Below are positions 28,627 to 38,915 of a stretch of 64,000 nucleotides of DNA, piece after piece. Position 1 is the stretch's first letter. Every line of letters begins with the position of its first letter. This stretch comes from a virus (Duplodnaviria; Caudoviricetes), in the IMG/VR virus record IMGVR_UViG_3300043344_000002, positions 29,055 to 93,054 of that record, one strand, 5' to 3'. The notes beneath the pieces were generated by a model. The model did no database searches and was not told where the DNA came from. It worked only from the letters and a program-made list of their open reading frames with translations. A program made the translations under genes and the position numbers.

Positions 28627-28875
28627 ATGATGGCTGACTACATCGTTCACTTCAAGCACGACGAGAGCAGTGATGTTAAGATGCAGGTGCGGGTGCCGTA
28701 CGATGTTGACCCCGCCGTCGCGGCCGATGACTACGAGATCATCGTGGAGCTGGCATACGGCATCATGCGTGAAAAGTCGACAGCCATCGACATCAACGTC
28801 CTCGGTCTCGAAGTGCGTGACTTCGACGCGATCAAGATCATGCACAACGACGACTTGATTATGGACTTCGCGTAA
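28627..28875 (+). CDS. small acidic early protein (Y.x.F family)
   Basis: Own promoter and RBS. Confidence 0.75.
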   Translation: MMADYIVHFKHDESSDVKMQVRVPYDVDPAVAADDYEIIVELAYGIMREKSTAIDINVLGLEVRDFDAIKIMHNDDLIMDFA

Positions 28876-28897
28876 GCACAACAACGGGAGTAAGTTA

Positions 28898-29008
28898 ATG
28901 GTTCTCGCACAGGTGATGTTCGAGTTCGGTGGCGAGCAGAAGGGTGGCATTATTATCTTGCTGCTTGTCGGTCTGCTGCTCTTCGTTTTGCTGGGAAAGA
29001 AGCGGTGA
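28898..29008 (+). CDS. 36-aa single-TM peptide
   Basis: MVLAQ...LLLFVLLGKKR; GGGAG RBS. Confidence 0.55.
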   Translation: MVLAQVMFEFGGEQKGGIIILLLVGLLLFVLLGKKR

Positions 29009-29087
29009 TGGGAGGGTCGTTGCACTCCACTATTTAGTGCGGTAGAGTATTCATACCGACCCGAACACAGGAACACAGGAGAGCACG

Positions 29088-29381
29088 ATGAGTGACTTCG
29101 AGTACTCGTACACGCTGATCTTTCGGCACGACAACCACCCCAGCGTCAAGATCACGATCGACGTCGAGTCGGATGACAGTCCCGAGTACCTGCGTGAGCA
29201 CCCGCTCGCTCTCGATCTGCTGGAGGCGGCGGACGACTTCATCGAAAGTGCCGAACTGAGCATGTACGACTACACGCTCGTTGCGGTCATGCGGGACAGT
29301 GAAACGGTGCTTCGTTACGATGATGGATCTGTGGACTTGACGAACACGGTTAAGAACGATGAGGACCGCGACAATCGCTAA
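29088..29381 (+). CDS. small acidic early protein (Y.x.F family)
   Basis: Own promoter and RBS. Confidence 0.75.
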   Translation: MSDFEYSYTLIFRHDNHPSVKITIDVESDDSPEYLREHPLALDLLEAADDFIESAELSMYDYTLVAVMRDSETVLRYDDGSVDLTNTVKNDEDRDNR

Positions 29382-29463
29382 GCGTGATTGCCTATTTGCA
29401 TTGATCACGCTTCTTGGTACTGTAGTCTTAACACGCTGAACCACCGAATTCTAGGAGAGCATC

Positions 29464-29742
29464 GTGAACGACATTCGTCCCCGCACTCCGATCAACACGC
29501 TCACGATCCCCACCTTCGAGCACTTCATTCTTGAGTCCGACGGGACGGAAGACGCGTTTCGTATCTTCGCCGCAGACGGCTTCACACTTCTGGGAATGGT
29601 GGAGCGGCTCCCGAAGTACCGTGGCAAGATCTCTCGTCAGTGGAATGTGAGTGGGTTTTCCAAGTACGGTACGTTCGTCTTCAACTTCGAGCAGGTCGAG
29701 CAGATCGTCAACAAGTGGCTTGCTGACAATCGAGTCCTGTGA
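29464..29742 (+). CDS. early protein
   Basis: Own promoter and RBS. Confidence 0.7.
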   Translation: MNDIRPRTPINTLTIPTFEHFILESDGTEDAFRIFAADGFTLLGMVERLPKYRGKISRQWNVSGFSKYGTFVFNFEQVEQIVNKWLADNRVL

Positions 29743-29794
29743 GACGTCTGTCCTCGCTGGACAACTGACACGTGGTATGATACCCGTAATCACA

Positions 29795-29847
29795 GGTCGA
29801 AACGCCTGGGAAGGCGTCGCCGGGAAAGAGACCGGCCCGAAGAGACC
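29795..29847 (+). ncRNA. type II hammerhead ribozyme, core variant (CCGAAGA), HHR8
   Basis: GGTC-GAAACGCCT(GGGA)AGGCGTC^-GCCGG(GAAAGAGA)CCGGC-CCGAAGA-GACC. Confidence 0.72.
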
Positions 29848-29875
29848 CATTTCAACGACAAGTGAGGTATGTATT

Positions 29876-30034
29876 ATGAAGCGAGGTCTCATCATTCTCG
29901 CGATCATCGTGGGTACGTTCACGATCATCGAGCTGATCATCCCGGGGCACTTGACCGCGTTCACCACCTACCTGTCCACCATCGGCAATCTGTTCACCGC
30001 CAAGTACGGTGAGCCGAGCCTTCCCACGTCCTAG
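29876..30034 (+). CDS. small membrane protein downstream of HHR8
   Basis: MKRGLIILAIIVG; GAGGT RBS. Confidence 0.55.
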   Translation: MKRGLIILAIIVGTFTIIELIIPGHLTAFTTYLSTIGNLFTAKYGEPSLPTS

Positions 30035-30736
30035 CACCTCCCCCGAGCGGCCCTGTCCGAAGTAGCTGCAACTACTTTGGCCGGGGCCTTAGGTGGTTGA
30101 GAGGAGGTCTCAGATGCCCGCTCAGGGGAGACTGAAGCCCTTTTGGAGATGGTTGGCAGTTCGACTAGCCGCTCTGGAGGTCCAGCGAATCAAGATCGAC
30201 CTCGGCTTTGACGCAATCATGTGGGACGCCGAGATTCCACCTAAGATTCTCGTTGACGCACAGGAACAGTGGAAGGTGGTGTTAGCAGGTGGCCGGATTG
30301 ACGAACCGTGAACTCATTGCGCAGCTGAGTGAACTTGATCCCAACGCTGAGGTCGTAATCCATAGTGGGTGCGGTGTCACTAGTGCTGAGTTCTCCACTC
30401 CGTCAGAGTGGAATCCCGACACGAAGAATTACGAGCTACGCTCGCAGGCGCAGATCACGCTTGAGAACGACTGCTACTGTGGATACGGTGGTTAAGCGAT
30501 GGTCTGTCCTGATCGTGAACGCAGAAATTCATTAAGTGACGATGAGTTTTGGAAGGAGGTGTTTGGAATCCCGCTTGATATTGAGGGTCCACTGACTGAG
30601 TCTGAAGCTGAGGCAATTGAGAACGATTGGTACATGGTGAAGCCGTGCGTTCAGTGCGGTGCCACTGGACCCTGCGCATACGACGCCGAGGGACGTCCCC
30701 TCATCCACGCTGATTCACAGGAAATAGGAGAGTAAG

Positions 30737-31195
30737 ATGAGATACCACAGGCGTAGTCCTGGCTTAAGTGTTGGGCAAGCTGTAGTCGGTGTTGGCTGTG
30801 GTGGTGTGCTCTTGCTTACCATCGGTCTGCTCGTTGCCGCGGCAGTCGGTGCTGATGACGCTGATGCCGTTGCGGTATGCACCAGCTCGGACGGCTTCAC
30901 ACGCGTTGACGACTCGCAGTGTGGAGACTTTGGCGATGATGGTGGTGTCATCTTCCCCGGCGGATAGCACTACATGATCTTTGACACGCGCACTTACCGT
31001 GGTGACATTCCCGCGGTGGGGCAGAAGATGCCAGTGGGGAATCCCGCCGGCTACGTTCGCACGTACAACACGTTCAGCACGGGTAGGTCCGTCATCACGA
31101 AACCACCGTCCACGGGCGGTAAGACGAGCACCATCACGCGTGGCGGATTCGGTGTGAAAGTTGGCACGAGCGCAGGAACGAGTGGAGGATCATGA
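30737..31195 (+). pseudogene. membrane/lipoprotein-like gene interrupted by an in-frame TAG at 30965
   Basis: TM, C...RVDDSQC, [TAG], HYMIF...PAVG...ITRGGFG reads as one protein across the stop. Confidence 0.55.
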
Positions 31196-31584
31196 CCGAC
31201 GACTTTGAAGTTGAGCTTGGCGACAACATGAAGTGGCGTGAACAGCCTCCTGCCCGCGAATTCACGAGTGAACAAGAAGAGACCGACGCGATCGACGATC
31301 TCTTCGCGACGCTCATTCCCGATGATTATGTCCTGCCGCCGCGTGAGTGCTGTGGTGCTGAGGACGACGCGAGCATTGATATCGCAGTTGATTGCGAGAA
31401 GGGCAACTGCACCTGGCTGTACTGCCGCTGCGGGCGGTCGACGCAGTCTGGATATGGCGTCTATGGATGCACCTGCGCGGAGAACACGGGTGGGCACTGG
31501 CGAGTGTTTGAGCGGAAGATGATTTCCGTCAAGAAGGTTGCACTGTCAACCAACAAGAAGCGAGCGAGGCAGGGGCATGGCTGA
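31192..31584 (+). CDS. Cys-rich hypothetical protein
   Basis: GGAGG RBS; multiple Cys pairs. Confidence 0.6.
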   Translation: MTDDFEVELGDNMKWREQPPAREFTSEQEETDAIDDLFATLIPDDYVLPPRECCGAEDDASIDIAVDCEKGNCTWLYCRCGRSTQSGYGVYGCTCAENTGGHWRVFERKMISVKKVALSTNKKRARQGHG

Positions 31585-32046
31585 CGAAAAGCACGTACGC
31601 ACGAATTACTTCGAGCAGGCAAATGCCGCGGTTCCTCTCTTCACTGAGATGTGTAAGCGAGCTAAGCTCGCCGATCACAACGGCTATCTCACGCTTGAGC
31701 TGGAGACCGACGACTCGCCCGAGGGTAAGCTCATCTGCTTCGCTGAAGCGGGCGATAGCATGTACGAGCTGCTTGAGAAGACGGCCATCGAGTGGGGTGA
31801 AGGCTGATGGAACTCGACGACACCGGTGTTCCCACGTGGTTCAAGATTCTCGAGAAGTTCGAGTTCAACTTCAATCCATATGACGATCCCGGCACGCTTG
31901 AGATGCGTGTGACTGATGCTAACGGGAAAGATAGTACGTTCGTCGTCTATGCCAGCGCTGGTGATAACCTCGCCGATCTCATGCGCGCGGCATGGATGGA
32001 AGAGAACCCCGTCATTCTCAAGAAGAGGTTGAGTGATGGTACGTAA
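31577..32046 (+). other. tandem paralogous pair of small proteins (31577-31807, 31807-32046)
   Basis: Shared G.L.LE...A.AGD....L motif. Confidence 0.55.
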
Positions 32047-32356
32047 GTTGACGAGCGTTGAGCGTGACGGACTTTACGCACCTGCCGCGCAACCACAGGG
32101 TTGGCGTGCGTTGCGTAACCCAAAGCCAGCGACACCGGCCGATGAGCTGACCCTCATCGAGACCGTCATTCTTCGTCGTGTCGCCGCAGGCGAGAAGACG
32201 GGTGAGATAGGCGCAACGCTTAGCATGTCGAGGCAGTCGGTCTATACGCACATTGCACGTGCGATGACGCGATTCGGTGCTGAGACGCGTGAGGAACTCC
32301 TGGACCTTCCCCGCGTGCAGGAATTGCTGCGAGGTGATGATGCCCAGGGTACCTGA
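32033..32356 (+). CDS. LuxR-type HTH transcriptional regulator
   Basis: LTLIETVILRRVAAGEKTGEIGATLSMSRQSVYTHIARAMTRFG. Confidence 0.85.
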   Translation: MMVRKLTSVERDGLYAPAAQPQGWRALRNPKPATPADELTLIETVILRRVAAGEKTGEIGATLSMSRQSVYTHIARAMTRFGAETREELLDLPRVQELLRGDDAQGT

Positions 32357-32654
32357 GGATCAGTCACGCTTCAATCCTGACATTGGCGACCGAGGCATTT
32401 CACGCGCGAATTACACAAACTCCATATTTCGTGTGCGTGCTGGTAAGTCTCACGAACTGACATGGAAGGAGAAGATTTACTTACGACGCATGCGCCGTGG
32501 GCAATCACAAGCAGACATCGCCCGTGCGCTTGAGATTGCACCTGGGAGTATCTCAGGTGCGCTTAGCGCGGCAGCGAAGCGCTTCGACGTTACACTCATT
32601 TCTGAACTCCTCGCGCTCGACGAGGTCCAGAGGCAACTCGATGCGGAGGACTGA
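32337..32654 (+). CDS. LuxR-type HTH transcriptional regulator (paralog)
   Basis: LTWKEKIYLRRMRRGQSQADIARALEIAPGSISGALSAAAKRF. Confidence 0.8.
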   Translation: MMPRVPEDQSRFNPDIGDRGISRANYTNSIFRVRAGKSHELTWKEKIYLRRMRRGQSQADIARALEIAPGSISGALSAAAKRFDVTLISELLALDEVQRQLDAED

Positions 32655-33094
32655 TGAAGGATTTCAGGACACCAGCGTGGGAAAGCATCTACGCAGAAGA
32701 AAGTCGTAGCGCACGCTGGCGACGAAAAGATGAGACCACGTGCACGATCACGTTCAAGTGTCTCATCTGCTTTGATCACGGCATCACAGATCGCATGCAA
32801 CACGACATCGAGCGAAGGCATAACTCGATGCGTAAGGGACAACTTCATCGTGATCCGCTAGGCGTGATGCTCGAGATTGTTGACTGTTTGTGGGGTGATG
32901 TGGTAAAGTCTTCACTACCAACCCGTGAAGATTCATAGGAGAACACGTCATGAGCCGCCATCGTTCGCACGTCGTCAAGCCACTTCGCCTCAGCAGCGTC
33001 GTCAACGCCATCGTCGCATCCGCGCTCGCCGGTGTCACGCTTGGCGTCATCAAGCCGCTGGGTCCGCTCTTCGCTTACATGATGGGGATGTGAC

Positions 33095-33280
33095 ATGAAG
33101 ACGACGTGGGAATCTGGCCTCGAGCAGGGCAAGCCGTTTTACGCGATGTCCAACGCCGAGTTGAAGACGGCCTGTCACGAGCGCATGTTGCGGACGGTAG
33201 GAGACCGTGCGACGGTGGTTGCGCGACTGGACCGTCACGTCGCACGCGGTGGTGGAGTTATCCCGGGGAGGGTAACATGA
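33095..33280 (+). CDS. SAP-domain-like small DNA-binding protein
   Basis: MSNAELKTACHERMLRTVGDRATVVARL matches the SAP consensus. Confidence 0.65.
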   Translation: MKTTWESGLEQGKPFYAMSNAELKTACHERMLRTVGDRATVVARLDRHVARGGGVIPGRVT

Positions 33281-33707
33281 GTTTTACGCAGTTGATTTTC
33301 ATGGAGTGGCTTCGCGCGCAGGAGAACGTTAACGATGAGCTCGTCGATGCGATCTTGAATTACGAATCGGAGGGAGACAGCGAATTCGGCTGTGTCCATT
33401 CTGCTGAAGAGATCGAGCAGGGCTTGTGTCGTACCGTTAAGCCACACGACATTCGCGCACTGCAGATCATCGCAGTGCAGGCAGGATGGCCGAAGGAATG
33501 GAAGTTTTCTCGTTTGACGTGACGGTCTCCACACACGACAACCTGAAGCGTGGCATCACCGCGATGGGGTTACCACCGTACGATCATCACCGGGTCGTAG
33601 TTGCAGCTGATGACCACACCGAAGCATTCTACACCGCGTTCGCAATGCTGTACGTCCGTGGCTACTACGTCACGGGCGTGTACGATAGGATCTAGGAAAG
33701 AAGGATA

Positions 33708-33986
33708 ATGACCTACACGAGTAATGCTCCCGAACCGACGACGCACTACGTCGCTCGCATCGTCATCGAGCGTGTTGACCACAGGCAGGTGGAGACACGC
33801 AACGGAATCGGTGTTGGGAAGATCATGGAGCCGAAGCGCACCGTCACCGAGCTGGCGACGCTGACGCTCAAGTCCGACGAGCTTAACACGCTTGTCACAA
33901 AGGTGGGCATGCACCTCGAACTCGTCGAAGAGATCGAGGCCGTCGACCCGGTGCGGCCGAAGGGCGTGAGGTCCAGTGGGTCGTAG
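33708..33986 (+). CDS. hypothetical protein
   Basis: AAGGA RBS; codon bias. Confidence 0.6.
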   Translation: MTYTSNAPEPTTHYVARIVIERVDHRQVETRNGIGVGKIMEPKRTVTELATLTLKSDELNTLVTKVGMHLELVEEIEAVDPVRPKGVRSSGS

Positions 33987-34506
33987 TGGTTGGGTTGAGA
34001 TGGAGCCCGTCGTCGCACGAGAGTTCGACCAAGTGATGATGTGCCATCCCAATCCGGACGTTGTGTGTCTGGAAGGTGGATGCATTCACTGTGTCGATAG
34101 CGACACGTGGTGGACCACTGAAGCACTTGAGGTGTACGCGTTCCAGTGCGATCAGAAGCACTGGCTCGCGTACCTATACGGTCGTCAGCACTACTGGTGG
34201 AATCAGCGTAAGAAGATGGGTGACGCCGGCGAGCCGTTCTTCGGGGTGGGTTAATCCACTCGATGTTAACAGCCTATTGCTGTGTTATTGTTGGCCTGGA
34301 GGTAACGTACTCCAGTGAGGAGATTCACCGTGCTTGAGGGCAAGGTGACCGACTACGGCGATCTTCTCCACGTCGAAAGATGGATCGTCAAGGGTCGCCG
34401 GCTGCGATTCACGTGGCACATTGGCCCGGTGGAGCGTACCACCGCGGCGGATCGTCAGCCGGGCACGTCAACTCCGGACAACGCACAGCGAAGGGCAGAC
34501 ATCGTT

Positions 34507-34827
34507 ATGGATCTCAAGGCTGACCAGAAGGTCGCGCTCACCGGGCAGTGGCGTGACGAGATGCAGAACCCCGTTCCCGCACCCGCTGGCGCGTCGGTCG
34601 TGTTCACCGTTGACAACGGTACGGTCATCAACCTCGTCGACAACGCTGATGGCACCGCCCTGGCGACCGCCGTCGGCGTCCTCGGCACCGCGAACGTGCA
34701 CGCGGTCGCGAACGCACCGGGCCTCCCGGAGGCGACCGGTGATCTCCAGATCGTCGTTGTCGCGGGTGACGCCCAGCGCTTCGACATCGTCCCGGGCGTG
34801 CCGGAAGAAGCCACCCCGGACGTGTAG
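34507..34827 (+). CDS. small beta-rich (Ig-like) protein
   Basis: Strong codon bias from MDLKADQ; may start upstream at 34315. Confidence 0.55.
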   Translation: MDLKADQKVALTGQWRDEMQNPVPAPAGASVVFTVDNGTVINLVDNADGTALATAVGVLGTANVHAVANAPGLPEATGDLQIVVVAGDAQRFDIVPGVPEEATPDV

Positions 34828-34843
34828 TGCTGATGGAGTAGAG

Positions 34844-34882
34844 TTGAGGCGGGCCGATCACTTAGCGGTCCGCCTCACTTGT
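34844..34882 (+). terminator. Rho-independent terminator
   Basis: TGAGGCGGGCCG/CGGTCCGCCTCA + CTTGT. Confidence 0.65.
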
Positions 34883-34932
34883 GCTTGAAAGATTTTGTTT
34901 ACACAGGTCCCATCGCCTGTTAGGATAAGACT

Positions 34933-35295
34933 ATGAACGTGACCACGACCGCCCCGATCACGGCCCCCGCGCCAATCCCGTGCCTCGAGTGCGGGCGGAT
35001 GCTTCGCTCCGTCAAGTCCATCAAGCGCGGTCGCGGCGCGGCCTGCCAGACGAAGGTCAACAAGGCAGCTAAGACTGTCGACCTGAGCGATTTCAAGCCG
35101 GCACAGGTCCAGTCGGCACTGGACCTGATCGAGGACGCGGCGATCGTCAAGGTTCGCCCGAACGTGTTCCGTTCGGTTTCGACCGATGGCATGTCCGAAT
35201 ACCTCACGCACCCGGCGGCGTGTAACTGCCCTGCTGGACTCAAGGCCCGTAACTGCTATCACCGCGCCGCGGTCATCATCCTGCTCGCGGCCTAA
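34933..35295 (+). CDS. DUF6011-like Zn finger + SWIM domain protein (leaderless)
   Basis: CLECGRML...RGRGAAC; CNCPAG...CYH; ATG 6 nt after the -10 box, no RBS. Confidence 0.75.
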   Translation: MNVTTTAPITAPAPIPCLECGRMLRSVKSIKRGRGAACQTKVNKAAKTVDLSDFKPAQVQSALDLIEDAAIVKVRPNVFRSVSTDGMSEYLTHPAACNCPAGLKARNCYHRAAVIILLAA

Positions 35296-35595
35296 GAAGT
35301 AAGGGAATCTCATGTCTCACCTGAAGTGCATGCACGAGCGTCGAGTGGTTGTCGTTCGTGACCGGGAAGAGAACGCCGTCATTCGACACCGGAGTGACGG
35401 CGGCAAGTGCGACTCGCGATACGTCGCCATCGATAAGGTGGTGTATGATCCCACCACGCACGGCGCCGCAGTCACTGCGGGCACGTCGCAGGATGTGGTG
35501 TTCGGGCCGCTTGGTCCGGTGATCACCGTCGGCACGTTCGCCGAAGCGGAAGAGCGGCAGGCGAAGCCGGTTCGCCGGGTGAAGAAGCACAAGCG

Positions 35596-35861
35596 ATGAG
35601 CGGCGCTTTCGTACTTGCGCAGGGACAGCAGCATACCGAACTCAACGGTGTCGGTTCGTTCGTCATCGTGCTTGCCGCACTTCTCGTGGTCGCAGCACTC
35701 TTTGGCAGGAAGAAGTAATATACGTGTTGATGTACATTGTGCTGTTACAGAGTCCGGCGACTCCCGCCGAATACGACCCGAGTGCTGTACGCACTGCAGT
35801 TATTGTGATGGTGGTGTTGTCGCTATTGCTCTTTCTCTTTGGCGGAAAGAAGCGCAAATGA
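35596..35861 (+). other. two tandem single-TM peptides (35596-35718, 35724-35861)
   Basis: End in AALFGRKK and FLFGGKKRK. Confidence 0.55.
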
Positions 35862-35990
35862 ACATTGCGCAGGACATGAACACCGTCATTGAGACGAGCC
35901 AGCACTCACCCGCGACTGACGCACTTGGCGTTGTGTTGATGATCGTTGTTACCCTCATGGTCTTCAGCTCTTCAACAAGGATGGGTGGAA

Positions 35991-36599
35991 ATGAACGATC
36001 AAGACATGTACAATCTCTCCACACCGACTCACCCAGACCACCTCGCTGACATCACCGCGGGACAGCGATCGCCGGTACGTACTCATACAGAGGTAGACCC
36101 CGGATACATTCCTACCCAGGCAGAGCGCGACGCGAACGACGCACTCTACGCTGCGACGTTCACCGAAGAACAGCTGTCGGTCACGAAGCCACTCACTACG
36201 TCAGCGAACTTCACTGATGCGCTCGCCGGGAGTGAGGCATTTCACCAGGCTCTCACCGCAAAGCTGACGGAGCGTCAGGCGCCGGTACGTCCGGAGTACA
36301 TCGCCGGTTCACGCACCGACCCGTACGGGATGCGCTTTCCGTGGGGTCCCATTACCGAGCAGCATCAAATCGGGAACTACACGATCCTCGAGTTCCTGGA
36401 GGACACGAGCACGTACAATGATCCGGTGGCGTGGGCACGACACGGTCGCACGCTGTATCACGTCTACGTCGACGGGAAAAACACGAGTGTCTCGGCGCTC
36501 TCACTGGACGCTGCACTCGCTGGTGCGATCGCGTACCGACGTGAAGGTCCGAACTCGCACGCGGGTGACTACTTCATGAGGATGGTGGGCGGTGACTAG
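35991..36599 (+). CDS. hypothetical protein
   Basis: Long ORF; FPWG...SLDAALAGAIAY. Confidence 0.65.
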   Translation: MNDQDMYNLSTPTHPDHLADITAGQRSPVRTHTEVDPGYIPTQAERDANDALYAATFTEEQLSVTKPLTTSANFTDALAGSEAFHQALTAKLTERQAPVRPEYIAGSRTDPYGMRFPWGPITEQHQIGNYTILEFLEDTSTYNDPVAWARHGRTLYHVYVDGKNTSVSALSLDAALAGAIAYRREGPNSHAGDYFMRMVGGD

Positions 36600-37239
36600 G
36601 CCATCCATGCCGTCCACGCAGTGGATGATTCTTAAGCCTGCTGACGAAGGAAACAATAGCGGTGGGTACTTGGTCGTCAAGAGAATTGACTACGTAAAGT
36701 ACCTCACCGGTAAAATCGGTGAACTTCCTCATCGTCGATTTGTTCTGTATCTGCAGGCAGAGATCCACTGCGTCTACCTCAACCGTGGGCGGTACGGATG
36801 ACGCTTAGAGGCTGCTCAGACTCTCACCAGGGCCCGAGCAGCCTCGAGTGGTAGTACCTTATAGCCAGCAATTCTTACAAAATCCAAGGAGGTCTGAAGC
36901 CGTGGGACTTTCCTATTTGCGTTAGTCACAGTAGCCTGTTACTGTAGTCTTACAGGCAAAACAGCAAAACGAAAACAGGAGAGCATCATGTTGAGCACGA
37001 CTTACACGCCTACCAACCCAATGGTCACCATCACCAATGACCACGGTGACATCGAGCACATGCGTAAGTCGCTGTTCGTCGAGCACTTCCAGGGTCTCGG
37101 CTGGTGGATCACCGAGACCCCACACGCGTAGGTAGGCCGGTTGCTCCATGTGCTCGTGCAGCCCCGGTCACGTCCTCAGCACTCACTGGACCCTCGTCGG
37201 TTCTCCCGTGGATGTCTGGTTCGAGCGGACCAACTAATA

Positions 37240-37289
37240 GGCCGAAACGTCGGGAGACGTCTGCTGGTGTTGCCAGCGCTGATGAGGCC
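37240..37289 (+). ncRNA. type II hammerhead ribozyme HHR5
   Basis: GGCC-GAAACGTC(GGGA)GACGTC^-TGCTGG(TGTTG)CCAGCG-CTGATGA-GGCC; cut after 37261. Confidence 0.92.
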
Positions 37290-37307
37290 AAGAGTGAGGA
37301 TAGACTG

Positions 37308-37763
37308 ATGACCGATGTTGCGGAAACCTTCATCGAAATCCTGAAGAAGGCACGCGTGGAACTGACCACGGGCTTGGGCAAGGACCTGCCCGCGGGTGAT
37401 GCGTTCGAGACGAGGGAAGCACTCGAGCAGCGCGTCTCGCAGATCGAGATCGAGATCGTGGAGCCACTGCGCGCACTGATCGACGACCTCACGGAATACG
37501 TCGGTGAGCTGAGTGGCAAGTGCGATGATGTTGTCACTGCGGTGGGAAACGCCGACACCGCATCCGACGACTTCGACTCGGCGAACGAAGCGCGTGAGAC
37601 GTTCAATGGTGATGACGAGAACGAAGAGTTCGCTGCGCTCGAGAGCGATGTCACCGACGCCGAAAACGCGATGGAAGAAGCGGACGAGGAGTTGTCCGGT
37701 GATCGTGACGGACTCATCGACGCCATCGCGACGCTCGTCGAGCTGATCGGTGAGTGTAAGTGA
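37308..37763 (+). CDS. highly acidic coiled-coil protein
   Basis: GAGGA RBS right after HHR5; Asp/Glu-rich. Confidence 0.75.
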   Translation: MTDVAETFIEILKKARVELTTGLGKDLPAGDAFETREALEQRVSQIEIEIVEPLRALIDDLTEYVGELSGKCDDVVTAVGNADTASDDFDSANEARETFNGDDENEEFAALESDVTDAENAMEEADEELSGDRDGLIDAIATLVELIGECK

Positions 37764-38118
37764 AAAGCGTTCACCTCAAGAAGATTGCCAGTCGGATTGA
37801 TCGACTCACGTTTCACTTCGGTGATGAAGCACGTGTATGGCGCATGCTGGTTCGCACGGTGCCGCACATCCTCCCGCGTGACGCGTCGAACCGGGCGAAC
37901 GATCTCACCCGTGTCTTGAACGACGTGCCTGAACTCATCGCAACGATTCACGCATTGAGAGAGGAGCGTACTGCACTTCGTGGAGTCATTCATGAGATGC
38001 ACATCCAGTTGGAGAGTACGGTTACCGAAGCGCATGATTCTAAGACTGAAGACTTGGGAGATGACGACGGTCTCGGATCCTGAGATAACGAAACACCAAC
38101 GCATCGAGATGACTGAAA

Positions 38119-38168
38119 GGACGAAACCCCGGGAGGGGTCGGCACGTGATGCGTGCCCTGACGAGTCC
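38119..38168 (+). ncRNA. type II hammerhead ribozyme HHR6
   Basis: GGAC-GAAACCCC(GGGA)GGGGTC^-GGCACG(TGATG)CGTGCC-CTGACGA-GTCC; cut after 38140. Confidence 0.93.
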
Positions 38169-38179
38169 AGGAAGGTATT

Positions 38180-38599
38180 ATGACGGTAAAAGTTACGCTC
38201 ACCGTGGAGAGCACAGGCCACGCTGGCGACAAGAACGAAATGACGAAGTCTTTGGAGACGGGCAACGTCAACGAACGCTTCTACCCGTCGCAGATCGAGC
38301 ACATGGGTGCGCAGTTGACCATATGGGCTTCAGGTAGGATGACGAACCTCATCGGTGGCAAGGACAAGACTCTTTCCGACCAGGGCGCGATGATGCTCGT
38401 CGAGCAGCGTGCGCTCATCGCCGCGGTGGAACAGGCTCAGGCGTTCCGTGACTTCGAGAAGACGCAGGGTGATCAGGTGCTCGTCGACCGCGAGACGCTC
38501 GAATTCTTGCGTAAGCGAGCCGCGCGCCTGACTGCCCTTGAAGTCGCGGGCGTGGACAACTGGGAAGGGATGGACCACGTCAAGTTCCCGGAGGACTGA
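38180..38599 (+). CDS. hypothetical phage protein
   Basis: RBS after HHR6; C-terminal LTALEVAGVDNWEG motif. Confidence 0.7.
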   Translation: MTVKVTLTVESTGHAGDKNEMTKSLETGNVNERFYPSQIEHMGAQLTIWASGRMTNLIGGKDKTLSDQGAMMLVEQRALIAAVEQAQAFRDFEKTQGDQVLVDRETLEFLRKRAARLTALEVAGVDNWEGMDHVKFPED

Positions 38600-38675
38600 G
38601 GCGTAGTTTGCATAGCGACTTGAGTCCTGATAGGATTACCTTGTAAGCGAAAACGACAACAAGGAGTGGTATTCG

Positions 38676-38915
38676 GTGAAGGTTTTCCTCACTGGACTCG
38701 CGGTCATTGCCGCGCTGGCGGGTGTCACTGCCTGCAACGAACCCGCGGCGAAGACGTACGTGACCAAGAAGGAGGGCGCGGTCAACACGGCGCTCTGCCT
38801 GGGTGACACGCCGTACATCATGCGCGTCCGGAAGGGCACCGCTGGTGAGACGATCGTCTGCGTGACTGAGCAGACGTTCAACAAGTACAACGTCGGGAAC
38901 GAGTACACGGGATGA
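38676..38915 (+). CDS. lipoprotein
   Basis: VTAC lipobox; paralog at ~39057-39311 (LIAC...KYNIGDEY). Confidence 0.7.
   Translation: MKVFLTGLAVIAALAGVTACNEPAAKTYVTKKEGAVNTALCLGDTPYIMRVRKGTAGETIVCVTEQTFNKYNVGNEYTG

Larger units (their letters stand above)
21406..38640 (+). promoter_or_regulatory. about 15 repeated early sigma70-type promoters, most with a shared RBS leader
   Basis: -35 TTT(A/G)CA-like boxes at 21406, 21967, 22250, 22631, 23110, 23685, 24555, 26583, 26890, 28559, 29020, 29395, 34898, 36916, 38607; 17-18 nt spacer; (TGn)TAGATT/TACTGT/TAGGAT-type -10; often TCTTA near +1; AGGAGAGCA..ATG leader. Confidence 0.88.

Noticed and set aside
21406-29460. CRISPR array or integron attC cassettes
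   Set aside because: The repeats are degenerate promoter/RBS motifs separated by whole ORFs; no fixed repeat-spacer period and no cas or integrase gene
36642-36656. CTGACGAAGGAAAC hammerhead-like core
   Set aside because: No stem II or flanking stems; inside an ORF
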